DNA of 64,000 bases from a candidate division FCPU426 bacterium. GTDB taxonomy: Bacteria > Oederibacteriota > Muellerivitia > Muellerivitales > Muellerivitaceae. Numbering within the stretch: position 1 is the first letter of the stretch; each line of letters opens with the position of its first letter. A program made the position numbers and the translations under genes. The notes beneath the pieces are model-generated. The model was not told the DNA's origin. It ran no database searches and saw nothing but the letters and a program-made list of their open reading frames with translations. Below, piece after piece: positions 62,002-64,000 of the stretch. Where the stretch lies: contig CAVTWJ010000010.1 in assembly GCA_963738405.1 (NCBI GenBank), positions 47,962 to 111,961 on the forward strand, written 5' to 3'.

Positions 62002-62026
62002 GTGAAAAAGGCATAACTGTTTGGGA

Positions 62027-62055
62027 TTGACAATCAGTCGCTTATAAGCGACTAT
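62027..62055 (+). promoter_or_regulatory. TA promoter with palindromic operator
   Basis: TTGACA at 62027; perfect 18-bp palindrome AGTCGCTTATAAGCGACT at 62036-62053. Confidence 0.7.
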
Positions 62056-62074
62056 TGAGAAAGGCGGATGGAAC

Positions 62075-62434
62075 TTGGCTGATCCGACACCCTGGACGAT
62101 TGAGCATTACGAAACCAAATCCGGTATCCGGCCCTTCGCCGTCTGGTTTGAATCGCTTAGAAAAGGCGATCCCGTTACGGCGGCTTTGGTTGACAAAAGA
62201 TTATCCCGCCTGAAATTCGGGCATTTGGGGGACTACGACAACGTCGGGGATGGGGTCATTGAACTTAGGAATTTTTACGGCCCCGGTTACCGCTTGTATG
62301 TAGGGAGAATCGGAACCACCGTTTACCTGCTTATCCTGGGTGGAAGCAAGGGAAGCCAAAACGCGGATATTCAACAAGCCAGGACTTATTTCCTTGAATT
62401 CAAGGGGAGAAAAGGGAAGGAGGACAAAAAATGA
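62075..62434 (+). CDS. RelE/HigB-like addiction-module killer toxin
   Basis: PFAVWFESL, RLSRLKFGHLGD..VGDGVIELR..YGPGYRLY, LGGSKGSQNADI. Confidence 0.92.
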   Translation: MADPTPWTIEHYETKSGIRPFAVWFESLRKGDPVTAALVDKRLSRLKFGHLGDYDNVGDGVIELRNFYGPGYRLYVGRIGTTVYLLILGGSKGSQNADIQQARTYFLEFKGRKGKEDKK

Positions 62435-62762
62435 AAAATGGCACGACTACCAGGGACCACGACCAATTCATCATTGACCAATTAAAAAAAGACCGCCGCT
62501 TCCTTGAGGCTTACCTGAATGAGGCATTGAGCGACGACGAGGACCCCCGCGTGGTGCTTGACATGCTCCGAAAAGCCGCCGAGGCCGCCGGAGGAATCAG
62601 ACACCTTCTAAAATTACCCGCCTCAACCGCCAGAACCTATACAAGACCCTTTCGAGCCGGGGAAACCCGGAGTTTTTCACCATCAACAAGATTATTAATG
62701 GCCTTGGCTTCCATTTCAAAATCGAGAAGAACAAAAGACAACCCGCCTTGGTAAAGGGATAA
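62431..62762 (+). pseudogene. Addiction-module antidote (HTH antitoxin) with a 1-bp frameshift near 62607
   Basis: AYLNEAL..DPRVVL..LRKAAEAAGG in frame; adding one T gives LSKITRLNRQNLYKTLSSRGNPEFFTINKIINGLG, a typical HTH. Confidence 0.8.
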
Positions 62763-62818
62763 AAGTTGATCGTGGAAAAATTCACCTATCTTTAAATAGC
62801 AACATTCCAAGAAAAAAA

Positions 62819-63914
62819 TCATCTTTCCGCCAAAAGCAAAACCACCTTCCTTGTCGCTTTTTTGTAATTTTCACGGGCTTTTTTCAAGTAATCTTTTTTT
62901 AAATCTTCCAATGCGATTAAGAGACTGGAAAAAAGTTTTTCGGCTAAGGGGAATAGCCGGTTCAGGGTATCTTGATAAACGGCTCCTTGAACCTCACCTA
63001 TAGGTGTTCCCAGGAGGGCACCTACGATTCCACCGATGATTCCCCCGATGACTGCTCCGGCAGGGCCGCCCACCATGAAACCAATCCCGGCCCCACCGAA
63101 CAAACCTGCTCCGCCCGATTCTTCCTTGGTCCAAATGCCGCTCAAGCGGTAACGGAGATCACCGTTTCTTATTGGAACATGGTGGGTTCCCAGTTTAGGA
63201 AGCATGCTTTCCTTCGTTGTATTTCGAGTTGGCATAAAAGAAGAAACAATACCAAACCACTAAGTAGCCGCTTGGGCAAGATTATGGGGAGTAACCACCA
63301 ATTGAAGGTTTGTGGGGTAAAGAAACTCATGAACTCCAAAACCAGCAGTTCCAGAGATGAACAGGGAAGAAAGATGGTATAGGGGATTATGAGGAATAGT
63401 TTTGAGGTATTGCTCGCGGGCGAAGCGAATGGTGTTTTTCATCTCCTTAACCAACCAATCATCGAAAGCCTGACTGATGCCCTCCACCCTCGATGAAATG
63501 TGGGTATGGACCGTTAATTGTAATTCCATCCATATGTTTTGAACGTTACCGGACCAATCCCTCTCAATTCGCCGGGTGGAGTCTAAACCTTGTATGGAAA
63601 CAGCCAGGCGGTCGGCCATCCTGTCAAAATGTTCCCCGAAGGCGGGACCAAAATCAGATTTTAGCCGGTCAAAGGCACGGCCAATCTCATTAAGCCTTTT
63701 TTCCAATTCCAGGGTTGTTTCTCCCCAGAAAGAACCGTCTTCGATTCCCCATGAGGAATTCATAAGCCGCTTGGATTTTTATGAACTCCTGGAGCGTGCC
63801 GCCACGATCTGGATGGGGATGAAAAGCCGCCCGCCGATAAGCCTCTTTGACCTTTTCCAGTGTAATGGGGTCATCTTTTAACCCTAAAATTTGCCGGGCT
63901 TCGACGTTATTCAT
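62819..63914 (-). pseudogene. J-domain membrane protein with glycine zipper, split into three ORFs
   Basis: J domain ARQILGL...KEAYRR...HPDRGG...FIKIQAAYEFL; frame jump at a G-run (63747-63750); in-frame TAG at 63260; glycine zipper GGAGIGFMVGGPAGAVIGGIIGG. Confidence 0.6.
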
Positions 63915-64000
63915 TGACGCCCCTCATTCGAGGGACCCTTCCAGTAAAGCCGCCTTGCCACCTGCCGTCCGATAAGTTTGTTCACCAGGAACCTGCGGAT

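Larger units (their letters stand above)
58874..64000. mobile_element. Probable tRNA-Leu-integrated mobilisable element, extending beyond the window
   Basis: Abrupt switch after the tRNA to a coupling protein, a Replic_Relax-like gene, a TA module and decayed cargo. No integrase or att duplication is visible in the window. Confidence 0.65.

Noticed and set aside
63260..63262. Programmed TAG readthrough or pyrrolysine
   Set aside because: Other genes end normally in TAG, and neighbouring indels point to decay or sequence error.

Overview
64-kb bacterial chromosome segment from a diderm organism. It carries lipoproteins, an OM beta-barrel and an RND pump; the Thr/Pro-rich giant surface protein is reminiscent of candidate phylum FCPU426, but that is only a guess. 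Most of the window is housekeeping: ychF, nth, gpmA, ribD-ribE-(yaaR-like)-ribBA-ribH-nusB, ligA, mtgA, secA, a peptide ABC transporter, priA, an AcrB-family pump, an RluA-family enzyme and tRNA-Leu(CAA). Two regions stand out. (1) 12.7-32.8 kb is a co-oriented five-gene cluster: a CHASE2 adenylate/guanylate cyclase, a ~4,830-aa lipoprotein, a periplasmic FecR-domain protein, an OM beta-barrel, and a small lipoprotein that is a stand-alone paralog of the giant protein's N-terminal domain. The giant protein has a Thr stalk, nine Cys-containing tandem bidomain repeats, four malectin-like domains and two NHL propellers. The cluster is a candidate trans-envelope surface-sensing/cyclic-nucleotide system. 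(2) From 58.8 kb a probable integrative element starts at tRNA-Leu. It encodes a TraD/VirD4-like coupling protein, a Replic_Relax-like protein, a toxin-antitoxin pair and a broken J-domain gene. Its first ~300 bp contain helically phased repeats and two inverted near-copies of the tRNA anticodon arm with altered 7-nt loops. Two REP/MITE-like palindromic elements and several frameshifts (real or assembly errors) are also visible. All calls are from motif recognition by eye; no searches were run.
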